A DNA stretch of 64,000 bases, taken from assembly GCA_963806155.1 (NCBI GenBank), contig CAWDXC010000018.1, positions 42,514 to 106,513 of the forward strand, in the 5' to 3' direction. Positions 56,067 to 64,000 of the stretch are shown here, one piece after another (the stretch's first letter is position 1; each line of letters starts with the position of its first letter). Under the pieces are notes generated by a model. It was not told the DNA's origin, made no database searches, and saw only the letters and a list, made by a program, of their open reading frames with translations. The stretch is from an uncultured Actinomycetes bacterium (lineage in GTDB: Bacteria; Actinomycetota; Thermoleophilia; RBG-16-64-13). The translations under genes were made by a program, and so were the position numbers.

Positions 56067-57575
56067 ATGCTGACAAGAGACCCATACACCAGGCCCAGGA
56101 GGAGACGGCGGCGCCGAGTTAGGTGGAAACGCCTGTTGCTGTGGGGATTCGCCTTGCTGGCAGTGCTGACTGCTGCATTCACGGGGGGCTCCTATCTGTG
56201 GCTTCGCGGAGTCGTGAGTGAAGCCTCCGGTGGAGCTGCCGTCGCAGCGGCCAAGGATGTGGTGGACAACAAGCCGCCGGCGAGCACGCTCCCTTTGCCG
56301 GAAACGCCCCAGGGCATGGATATTCTCGTTCTGGGTTCAGACAAGCGCAGCACCGGCAACGAAACCTACGGACGGTCAGACACCCTGATGCTCGTTCACG
56401 TGGACCCAGCGAACGCTTTCATATCGGTCTTGTCGCTACCGAGGGATCTGCGGGTGCAGGTGCCAGGTCACCGTTTCCAGAAGATAAACGCCGCCTACGC
56501 CTTCGGCGGCGCTGCCCTAGCGATCGAGACGGTGCAGAACCTGACCGGCGTGGACGTGGATCACTACCTGGAGATCGACTTCGGTGCCTTTGAAGACGTG
56601 ACCACTTCCATCGGCGGCGTGTATGTCGATGTCGACCGCCGCTACTACTACGACGGGCTTGACTACGAGAACATCAAGCTCGCGCCTGGGTACCAGCTCC
56701 TGAACGGGGCCGCGGCGCTCGACTACGTGCGCTTTCGGCACGATCAGAACACGGATTTCGGCCGCCTCGAACGGCAGCAGCGTTTCTTGAGGGCCGTCCG
56801 GGAGCAGGCCATGGGGTGGGACCTTGCCTTCAAGCTGCCGAGTCTGGTCAAAGACCTGTTTAGGAACGTGAGCACCGAGATGAGCGCCACCGAAGTGATA
56901 AAGCTGGCCTACTGGCTCGTGAACCTGCGGGGGACACAGATCAAGCAGGTCGCCATCCCCGGCGATATCCAAACGATAGACGGAGTCTCCTACGTCGTTT
57001 CCTCCGATGGAACGATCCAGGAGGCGGTGGGCGACTTCTTGTCTCCTCCGGCTCCGGTCGATGATTCGTCTCCCAGCACAGCGGCCGGCAGCGGTGACGA
57101 CACCCCCAGTCCGACGACTTCATCTGTCGAGTCCTCCGGCGGAGAGCCCCCTTCCGCAGACAGCATTGTCGACGGCGCCGAATGGCGGGCCCTCGCTCCT
57201 GAGGCCGGTCTTGCGCTGCAGGGGCCCACCTACGTACCCGCCGGGTACGCTTGTATCGAGATGCGCGCCTACACGATACCCACCGGCGACGGGACCAAGC
57301 CTGCAGTCAAAGCGGTCTATAGGTATGAGAACACAGACCAGTACATGGGGATAATGGAAACCGCTTGGCTGGACGCTCCCGCGGCGAGCCCCGGAGAGAA
57401 CGTGGAATACGGTGGCATGAGCTTCACTGTCGTGGGGATCGATAGAAAGGTGGAGCGCATCTGGTGGAAGAAAGACGGGGTTCTCAGCTGGGTTTCCAAC
57501 ACGCTCTTCTACAGCTTGGATCGTGATGAGCTACTAGCGGTGGCCCACAGCATGGTTCCGATATCGGCTCCCTAG
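56067..57575 (+). CDS. LytR-CpsA-Psr (LCP) family protein
   Basis: N-terminal TM, LCP core (…ILVLGSDKR…GRSDTLMLVHV…ISVLSLPRDL…NAAYAFGG…), extended C-terminal domain. Confidence 0.8.
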   Translation: MLTRDPYTRPRRRRRRRVRWKRLLLWGFALLAVLTAAFTGGSYLWLRGVVSEASGGAAVAAAKDVVDNKPPASTLPLPETPQGMDILVLGSDKRSTGNETYGRSDTLMLVHVDPANAFISVLSLPRDLRVQVPGHRFQKINAAYAFGGAALAIETVQNLTGVDVDHYLEIDFGAFEDVTTSIGGVYVDVDRRYYYDGLDYENIKLAPGYQLLNGAAALDYVRFRHDQNTDFGRLERQQRFLRAVREQAMGWDLAFKLPSLVKDLFRNVSTEMSATEVIKLAYWLVNLRGTQIKQVAIPGDIQTIDGVSYVVSSDGTIQEAVGDFLSPPAPVDDSSPSTAAGSGDDTPSPTTSSVESSGGEPPSADSIVDGAEWRALAPEAGLALQGPTYVPAGYACIEMRAYTIPTGDGTKPAVKAVYRYENTDQYMGIMETAWLDAPAASPGENVEYGGMSFTVVGIDRKVERIWWKKDGVLSWVSNTLFYSLDRDELLAVAHSMVPISAP

Positions 57576-58054
57576 ATCCATCGTCCTTCGGCGTCAAGGC
57601 CGAAGTTCGCCAACTGCCCCACCAGGTAGGTATGTTCAGCCCACTGTGCCGGCCTCACTCCTTCAGCTTCCCTGCCCTTGAGCATCACTCGCACTCAGGC
57701 ACGGATGGTTCCGGACTTGACGCTCTCGACCGGACCTGCATTGATCCCGCGCCCTGCGCCACGAAGTCGGCGGGGAAAGCTCTGCAGACGGATTTGCCGA
57801 CGGACCATGTCTGCACCGATGAGATGTGAGGCGAGAGGTGGGGAATCTCGTCATAGACGGATACTCCGCGTAGGCGTGTTCGGCGGCGATGCGGACGGCC
57901 TGCCGGGGGCATGAGGTTTTGGCAGGGATAGCTCGATTCTGAGCATGTGCGAACCGATAACCGGCTGCCGGGCGCCCCCCCCGTGTCGGACTGCCTGCGG
58001 CGGCGGCCCGCCGCGCACCGCCCCTGCGTCACCCGGCGCACCGTCGAGAAGCTC

Positions 58055-58948
58055 TCAAACGGGCCGGTAGACCGATATGGTGACCGACACACTGACCGTT
58101 GTGGAGTCTGTTAGCCCGGCCGTCCTTTGCGCGAGTTCCTCGGCCGAGATGTGATAGGCGCTTGGTCCCATGCCCACGAGCGTGGCCGCGTCGGCGGGCG
58201 TGAGCGCCAACGAGTCTTCGAAGTCGGTCGAAGCGATCGGAGTGAATCCGCCGCTGAGTCCTGCGTCCAGACGCTCCCGCTTCCGTGTATCCACCTCCAG
58301 CAGGCCGAGGACCGGGACGAGTTCCGAGAGATGGCGGTCCGTGGGAGTGACCACGAGCAGTCGCCCTCCCGGTTGGACGACCCGCCTGAACTCGGCTGGG
58401 TTGCGGGGCGCGAAGATGTTGAGGATGAGAGCCGCACAGTGATCGCGGACCGGAAGGCGCTGCCAGGTGTCGCAGGCGGCCGCGCCGATGCGCTCGTGCG
58501 CGCGGGCCGCCCTGCGCAGAGCGAACTTGGACATATCGAGGGCCAGGCCGGTCCTACCAGGCAGCCGGTCGAGCACTTCCGCGAGGTGGTAGCCGGTCCC
58601 GGCCCCCGCGTCGACGATGCAGCCACCGGCCGGTTGTCGCTCCGAGGCCGGTTCGAGGCCGGTCGGAGCCGGCTGCACTGCCGCCTCGAGGACGGCGCGC
58701 GCCGCCGCCTCGGCTATGGCATTGCGGAGTCCCAGGAAGTGACCGGCTTCCAGGAAGGTCTCGCGGGCGCGCACCATGGAAGCGGTGTCTCCGCTCCCCT
58801 GGCGGCGGCCACCCGGAAGGAGGTTCACGTATCCCTGGCGAGCGATGTCGAACGAGTGGCCGCCCGCACAGCGCAAGCAGCGACCGGCGATAGAGAACTC
58901 GCCGCCACAGTGAGGGCAGAGGAGCAATCGAACGACATCGGCGCGCAT
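58055..58948 (-). CDS. RlmA-like rRNA (guanine-N1)-methyltransferase with N-terminal zinc ribbon
   Basis: LLLCPHCGG…CLRCAGGHSFDIARQGYVNLL zinc-ribbon/RlmA N-terminus, SAM motif VDAGAGTGY. Confidence 0.65.
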   Translation of the reverse strand: MRADVVRLLLCPHCGGEFSIAGRCLRCAGGHSFDIARQGYVNLLPGGRRQGSGDTASMVRARETFLEAGHFLGLRNAIAEAAARAVLEAAVQPAPTGLEPASERQPAGGCIVDAGAGTGYHLAEVLDRLPGRTGLALDMSKFALRRAARAHERIGAAACDTWQRLPVRDHCAALILNIFAPRNPAEFRRVVQPGGRLLVVTPTDRHLSELVPVLGLLEVDTRKRERLDAGLSGGFTPIASTDFEDSLALTPADAATLVGMGPSAYHISAEELAQRTAGLTDSTTVSVSVTISVYRPV

Positions 58949-58994
58949 GGTCAGGGCTCGGGAGTCACGTGCGCACGTGGTAGGACGTAGGCGG

Positions 58995-60026
58995 TCAAGC
59001 CCGCACCCGCAACCGTTTTGGCACCACCTGCACGCGGAGCGGGAGCGAGCCGAGCGCTTCTCCGTCGACATCGAGGAGGAAGCGGCGCTCGGCCGCTTCC
59101 TCCTCGAGTCCCAATTCCAATCCTTCGCAGGAGAAGTGGTGCACGGTGGGCTCTTCCAAGTGGCGGCCGCTGTAGACGCCGCGCACCCGGTCGGCCAGGT
59201 AGGGCTTGCTCCGGGCCGTGACCGTCACCACTTCCAGGCGCCCGTCGTCCGGGAGAGCCATAGGGGCTACGTCCATACCCCCGCCGAACCATCGTCCGTT
59301 GCACACGGCGACCAGGTAAGCGGGGATGATCTCCTCCCTCGGCTCTCCCTGCCAGGTTATCCGCACGCGGAGAGGTCGCTCCTTGCTGACGATGACCGCT
59401 CCCAGGGCGGCCAGATAGTAGCCGACACGCCCTCCGAGGAAGGTGGGCATCCGATCGATATAGCGATCGACCAGGCCGCCCAAGCCCGCCGACAGGACGT
59501 TCACGAAGTACTGCTCCGCGGGCCGACCATCCAGCGCTCGAAAGGATGCCCGACCCACGTCCACCAGGCGCTCTCTACCCGAGGTCAGTGCCTCCAAACA
59601 GCGCTCCACACCGGCTTCGATCCCCAGGCTGCGGCGGAAGTCGCCGCCCGTACCCACGTTTATGAGGCCTACGGCCGGGCCAACGGCGTGGCGGCTTGGC
59701 GCCGGCTCAATACCCGCGGCGCCGGCAGCAGGTGCGATCGTTGCCGGCTCGACGGACTCGGCAGCGGCAGCAGGCGACTCGTCCTCCAGCGCCAGCACCC
59801 CGTTCGCCACTTCGCTGAAGGTGCCGTCGCCTCCCACGGCCACGATAAGCGGGTAGCCTTCCCGGGCCCCCTCGTGAGCCAACTCGCGGGCGTGACCGCG
59901 GCGCGATGTATAGCGGATGGCCACGTCACCCAGCGCTTGCTCCACTCCAGCCAGTATCTCGGGTAGGCTACGCGCCGTGCTGCGCGCGCCACAAGCCGGA
60001 TTGACGATCAGAAGCGGCGGTAGCAT
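58995..60026 (-). CDS. diacylglycerol/lipid kinase catalytic-domain protein (YegS/DagK-like)
   Basis: LLIVNPACG…, …VAVGGDGT…, …LINVGTGGDF… with an Ala/Pro-rich insertion; 343 aa. Confidence 0.75.
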   Translation of the reverse strand: MLPPLLIVNPACGARSTARSLPEILAGVEQALGDVAIRYTSRRGHARELAHEGAREGYPLIVAVGGDGTFSEVANGVLALEDESPAAAAESVEPATIAPAAGAAGIEPAPSRHAVGPAVGLINVGTGGDFRRSLGIEAGVERCLEALTSGRERLVDVGRASFRALDGRPAEQYFVNVLSAGLGGLVDRYIDRMPTFLGGRVGYYLAALGAVIVSKERPLRVRITWQGEPREEIIPAYLVAVCNGRWFGGGMDVAPMALPDDGRLEVVTVTARSKPYLADRVRGVYSGRHLEEPTVHHFSCEGLELGLEEEAAERRFLLDVDGEALGSLPLRVQVVPKRLRVRA

Positions 60027-60138
60027 GCTCCCAGGCTATCAGGTCGCGCAGCCGGGCCGTAAGGGGGGGGCGCCGCGGGAGCCCGGCGCGGATGATTCTG
60101 GCAGAATCATCCGCCGAGCATAAGGAGGTGAGTCGCCG

Positions 60139-61125
60139 ATGCCCAACCGTGATGGAGCTGATGAGGGACCCGAGACGGGTGCGGTGCCCGAGACGGGTGC
60201 GGTTTCCCAGCCGAGTTCGCTCGAGGCCCTGCCTCGAGGTTATCTCTCGCGTCCGCTGACGGGAGGTGACGTCAGCGCCGTCTGGGCTTTGGAGGCGGCC
60301 GGAGAGGCCTTCGACGACGGCGTGGTCGAGATCGATCTCTCCGACCTGGAGGCTGAATGGCTCCAGCCCGACTTCAACACCACCACAATGTCGATGGGCG
60401 TCTTCTGGAATGAGCAGTTGGTGGCCTACGCCAAAGTCTTCCAAGGTCGAGCCGAAGCTCTGGTCCACCCCGAGCATCGGGGGCGCGGGATCGGCACTGC
60501 CCTGATGCGATGGACGTGGGAGGTCGCCCGCGGCGAAGGCAGGGTGCGCGTAGGCCAGACGATATCCGACAACGAGAAGGCTGCGGAGGCACTGTTCCGG
60601 GCCAACGGCTATGAGCACGGGCATACCTCCTGGATCCTTCGTGTCGACCTGGATGCTCCCCCACCCCCGATCGTCCTGCCCGCGGGCTACTGCTTCCGGC
60701 CCTATCGCCCTGGGCAGGATGACCGTGAGGTCTTCACGCTGATCGACACCGCTTTTGACGAGTGGCGCGGGCTATCGAGCGAGTCCATGGGATTCGAGAA
60801 CTGGGTGGCCGCGACGCTCTACCTTGTGCCACCCGAGCTGGTCGTTCTCATAGAGCGCGACAGTCGCATCGTGGGCGCAGCGATCGGCTATGACTACGGT
60901 GCGGACATGGAGGGCTGGATCGAGCAAGTCGCGGTGGACAGGGCGTACAGGGGGCAGGGCCTGGGCCGAGCGCTTCTACAGGAGAGCTTCCGGCGCTTCT
61001 GGGAAGTCGGTCGGCGGCGATGCGGAGTCTCGACCGACTCTCGGACCGGCGCTCTCGGTCTCTACGAACACGTGGGGATGTCCGTGTGCAGGAGCTACAC
61101 GCGCTGGATGAAGCAGGGCCTGTGA
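60139..61125 (+). CDS. tandem-GNAT N-acetyltransferase (MshD-like architecture)
   Basis: Two GNAT cores (HPEHRGRGIGTALM… and VDRAYRGQGLGRALL…); N-terminus carries an 18-bp tandem duplication. Confidence 0.65.
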   Translation: MPNRDGADEGPETGAVPETGAVSQPSSLEALPRGYLSRPLTGGDVSAVWALEAAGEAFDDGVVEIDLSDLEAEWLQPDFNTTTMSMGVFWNEQLVAYAKVFQGRAEALVHPEHRGRGIGTALMRWTWEVARGEGRVRVGQTISDNEKAAEALFRANGYEHGHTSWILRVDLDAPPPPIVLPAGYCFRPYRPGQDDREVFTLIDTAFDEWRGLSSESMGFENWVAATLYLVPPELVVLIERDSRIVGAAIGYDYGADMEGWIEQVAVDRAYRGQGLGRALLQESFRRFWEVGRRRCGVSTDSRTGALGLYEHVGMSVCRSYTRWMKQGL

Positions 61126-61198
61126 GGGGGGCCCAGGGAGCGGCCGGGGCGGGCGCCGGCCACGGCGCCCGCCCCGGCCGGCTCACCGTTTCGGTCTT

Positions 61199-61711
61199 CT
61201 ACGTGAACATCCCGGTCAGCTTCTTGGCGAGGGCCTCGGGATCGGGCACCAGGCCGTCAGGTGTCAGTTTGTCGATGATCCCGGGGAGGATGGCGGCGAT
61301 CTTGGCTGCTGCCTCATCCGTGGAGATGCCCAGCTTGCCCGCGATGGCGGCGATCTGATCCGAACCAAGAGCGGCTTTGATCTGATCGGCGCTCACCGGC
61401 AGGTTCTCACCTTTGCTGACCCAGGATTTCACGACGTCGTCCAACCCGCCCGCGCCCAACTTGTCGAGCAGACCCGAGAGCCCACTGCCGCCTTCGCCGA
61501 GGAGCGAGCTGACAGCGCTCTCTTCCGCCGAGCCCGCGACCATCCCGCCGCCACCGGTGGGCGCGTTTGCAGCCGTCGCTGTTGCCCCGGCTGCTGCAGT
61601 CGTGGCTGCCGTCGCGGCCTTGGCGGCTGTGTCGGTCGCCGCGCTCGTAGCAGCCGTCGCGCTCGCTCCGGCCTTCTTGCTGCCGCTCTTGAGAAAATCG
61701 AAGAATCCCAT
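61199..61711 (-). CDS. DUF937 (YidB-like) protein
   Basis: Ala/Thr-rich N-terminal region; C-terminal …DDVVKSWVSKGENLPVSADQIKAALGSDQIAAIAGKLGIS…LTPDG… matches the YidB/DUF937 pattern. Confidence 0.6.
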   Translation of the reverse strand: MGFFDFLKSGSKKAGASATAATSAATDTAAKAATAATTAAAGATATAANAPTGGGGMVAGSAEESAVSSLLGEGGSGLSGLLDKLGAGGLDDVVKSWVSKGENLPVSADQIKAALGSDQIAAIAGKLGISTDEAAAKIAAILPGIIDKLTPDGLVPDPEALAKKLTGMFT

Positions 61712-61958
61712 TCTCTGGCCTCCATCTCCCTGAGACGTTGCAACTACAGCCTATACTTGGGGTAACCAATGTGCAACTCGAGGAGACTCAGAGGGCCAGC
61801 CATTTCGCCGGGCTCTTTCGCCCGCTATTTCGGAGGGCGTACGCGTGCGGCGGACTGGTCGGCGTGACCGCGCCCAGTCGCCGCTCCGCCTCAGCTTGCG
61901 CAGACGCGGACAACAGGAGCAAGTCCGCCTTGTCCGACCCCTTCGCTACGACTCGCCC

Positions 61959-63236
61959 TCATTGGGCGGATGCGGTTCGGAGCAGGCCGTCGAGGCGCAG
62001 TCCCGGCGCCCACGGCTCTCGCCAGGCGGCTAGGAGCATCTCTAGGGTGACCCTCTCGACCGACTGGGCCGCGACCAGGTCCACCGAGCCGATGCTCTCG
62101 CCCTCCAGGGTGAACTCGACCGTCCCGTAGACATCTCCGACCTGCACCGGCAGTTCTGGATCACGGTCCAGCGTCGCGGTGCTGGTGACGACATCGTCCT
62201 CGAACAGACTCGTGACGAGGGTCCGCCCCTCGACTAGTCGGATCTTCCTACCCAGGCCGTCCGGCTCGTCCAGTTCGGTCACCAACCGGCCTTGGTCGGC
62301 GAGGACCGTCCGAGAGTAGCGACGGAATCCGTAGTCGAGCAGCGCCTGACTCTCTTTCCAACGGGTGTCGTCATCAGCCGCGCCCAGGATCACGCTAACG
62401 AGGGAGACGCCGTCCCTGGTTCCCGAGGCGACCAGGCAGTAGTCGGCATAGGGGGTAGACCCCGTCTTCACCCCCGTCACCCAGGAGTTGGCGGCCAGCA
62501 ACGCATTGTGGTTCTTCAGCCTGCGCGGGGTGTCCTGACCGGGCCGGGGGAGATCGTAGGCGCGGGTGCTCACGATGCGGCGGAACACCGGGTCCTGCAT
62601 CGCGTATTGGGTCAGGGTCGCGAGATCCTTGGCGGAGGAGAAGTGCTTCTCGTCGTGGAGCCCGCTGGGGTTGACGAAGTGGGTGTTGGAGAGGCCCAGG
62701 GACTTGGCTTTGGCGTTCATCATCGTGACGAATTCCTTGACGCTTCCGGAGGTGGCCTGGGCCAATGCGACCGCCGCGTCATTCGCGCTCGGGACCAATA
62801 GGCAGTAGAGGAGTTGTTCTACGGTGAGCACCTCACCTCGCTGTAGTCCCAGCGCCGACCCACCTGTTGCCGCGGCTGTTCCGGATATCGTGACCTTGCT
62901 GTCCAGCGCGAGCGACTCGAGGACCACGACCGCGGTCATGATCTTGGTGGTGGAGGCCATCGGTAGGCGGGCGTTGGCATTGTGGGAGAAGACTATGCGC
63001 CCGCTGTCCATGTCGACCACTATCGCCGCGGTCGCGGTGACGGCGGGAGGGCTGGGCTTGTCCTGGGCAAAGACGGGTGTGATCTTGTCTCTGGCGATCT
63101 CGGTCGAGGCGGAGGCCGAAGACAACGGGCCGAATAGCAGGGCTGCCGCGAGCAAAGCAACCGAAAGCAGGACCCCGGCCGCGACCCGCGACCACGAAGA
63201 AGTCGGCGCTCGGCCTCCTGTCGGCGGGGGCTTCAT
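61959..63236 (-). CDS. D-alanyl-D-alanine carboxypeptidase (S11, PBP5-like)
   Basis: Signal peptide, SxxK (MASTTKIM), SxN (PSAND), KTG-like region; 425 aa. Confidence 0.8.
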   Translation of the reverse strand: MKPPPTGGRAPTSSWSRVAAGVLLSVALLAAALLFGPLSSASASTEIARDKITPVFAQDKPSPPAVTATAAIVVDMDSGRIVFSHNANARLPMASTTKIMTAVVVLESLALDSKVTISGTAAATGGSALGLQRGEVLTVEQLLYCLLVPSANDAAVALAQATSGSVKEFVTMMNAKAKSLGLSNTHFVNPSGLHDEKHFSSAKDLATLTQYAMQDPVFRRIVSTRAYDLPRPGQDTPRRLKNHNALLAANSWVTGVKTGSTPYADYCLVASGTRDGVSLVSVILGAADDDTRWKESQALLDYGFRRYSRTVLADQGRLVTELDEPDGLGRKIRLVEGRTLVTSLFEDDVVTSTATLDRDPELPVQVGDVYGTVEFTLEGESIGSVDLVAAQSVERVTLEMLLAAWREPWAPGLRLDGLLRTASAQ

Positions 63237-63299
63237 GGCAGCGCTATCTCCATCCTTCCTCGCCCTGCGGATATGGTACCGGCAGAACCAGGGCCTCGG

Positions 63300-63815
63300 C
63301 TACTCCACCAGGCTCACCCGGTGCATGACCACCGGTTCTTTGGGGACGTCTGAGTGGGCCCCGGATGTTCCGGTCGCCACCTGGGCGATGGCGTCCACTA
63401 CCTCCATGCCCTCCACCACCTCTCCGAACACCGCGTACCCCCAGCCTTGCGGGGTCTTGGCCTTGTGGTCGAGAAAACCGTTGTCCTTCAGATTGATGAA
63501 GAACTGGCTGCTGGCGCTATGTGGATCGGAGGTCCGGGCCATGGCTACGGTCCCGCGGTTGTTCTTGAGCCCGTTATCAGCTTCGTTGGTGATAGGGGGA
63601 TTCGTGGGCTTCTGGCGCATGTCCTCCGTGAAGCCGCCCCCCTGGATCATGAAGCCGGGGATGACCCGGTGGAACACGGTCCCATCGTAGTGGCCCGAGG
63701 ACGCGTAGGCCAGGAAGTTCTCGCTGGTAATGGGAGCCTTCTCCTGGTCGAGCTCCACCGTGATGTCCCCGTGTGACGTGCTGAGGAGTACTCGAGGGTT
63801 AGCCTGTTCCTGCAT
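63300..63815 (-). CDS. ppiB: cyclophilin-type peptidyl-prolyl cis-trans isomerase
   Basis: …[14 protein letters not shown]…[15 protein letters not shown]…; probable start MQEQANPR at 63815 inside ORF 63300..63926. Confidence 0.85.
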   Translation of the reverse strand: MQEQANPRVLLSTSHGDITVELDQEKAPITSENFLAYASSGHYDGTVFHRVIPGFMIQGGGFTEDMRQKPTNPPITNEADNGLKNNRGTVAMARTSDPHSASSQFFINLKDNGFLDHKAKTPQGWGYAVFGEVVEGMEVVDAIAQVATGTSGAHSDVPKEPVVMHRVSLVE

Positions 63816-64000
63816 GGGTGTCACCTTTCCCTGCTGAGCCGGAGCTCGGATGGTGTCGCGAGTTGCGTGTGCAATCTTCTCATGTTCGCCGAGACCAGGT
63901 CGGTGGCGACGGGTCGCCAGTACCACCTGGGTTCTCAGGCGGCTGAGGCACCTCCTGGGGGCCTCCGCCCCTCATTCGTACGAGTCCTTCGCGTTTTCGC

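Noticed and set aside
57930-57990. tRNA- or tmRNA-like motif GGCAGGGATAGCTCGATTCTGAGC…CTGCC
   Set aside because: The D-loop-like GGATAGCTC and a possible acceptor pairing were noticed, but the element is only ~50 nt, lacks a T-loop GTTCRANYC motif and CCA end, and cannot form a cloverleaf
1-64000. Mobile elements, CRISPR arrays, rRNA/tRNA genes
   Set aside because: No transposase, integrase or recombinase motifs, no regularly spaced direct repeats, and no rRNA-like or cloverleaf sequences were found on either strand

Overview
High-GC (~68%) bacterial chromosomal window, probably an actinobacterial or Chloroflexi-type genome. It is almost entirely protein-coding, with many 'shadow' ORFs on the non-coding strands that I rejected. 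I found no rRNA, tRNA, CRISPR array, transposase or integrase.

Main content, in order:
- a TatD-like hydrolase, then an Nramp/MntH metal transporter translationally coupled to a universal stress protein
- a three-FHA-domain ABC transporter of the Rv1747 type, immediately followed by a membrane Ser/Thr kinase with a TPR ectodomain
- a lux-like operon (hotdog thioesterase, LuxE acyl-protein synthetase, LuxC acyl-CoA reductase) with no luciferase
- an SPFH (band-7 / stomatin-prohibitin-flotillin-HflK/C) protein, an Arc-like repressor and an M29 aminopeptidase
- a complete peptide ABC importer (dpp type) whose fused double-ATPase gene carries a frameshift
- a roughly 12-kb stretch (17.5-29.8 kb) where the P-type ATPase, a GNAT acetyltransferase, a SAM methyltransferase and a DEAD-box helicase all need frameshifts to be read, while purC and the flanking regions are intact
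- a roughly 14-kb catabolic island: two paralogous CocE/NonD hydrolases, two paralogous amidohydrolase-2 enzymes, a TetR regulator, a Tat-lipoprotein solute-binding protein, an MBL hydrolase translationally coupled to an orphan pyrogallol-hydroxytransferase-like molybdoenzyme large subunit, plus aminotransferases and MFS transporters. I regard this island as the most interesting candidate for an undescribed pathway, possibly degradation of esterified polyhydroxy-aromatics
- a block of uncharacterised small membrane proteins
- trxB, an OmpR-type two-component system whose kinase has a homopolymer frameshift at its 3' end, a BOF-like secreted protein and an LCP protein
- a 480-bp noncoding convergent gap
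- RlmA-like methyltransferase, lipid kinase, tandem-GNAT acetyltransferase, DUF937 protein, D,D-carboxypeptidase and cyclophilin.

All calls are from reading motifs in the supplied translations and DNA. No database searches were run.
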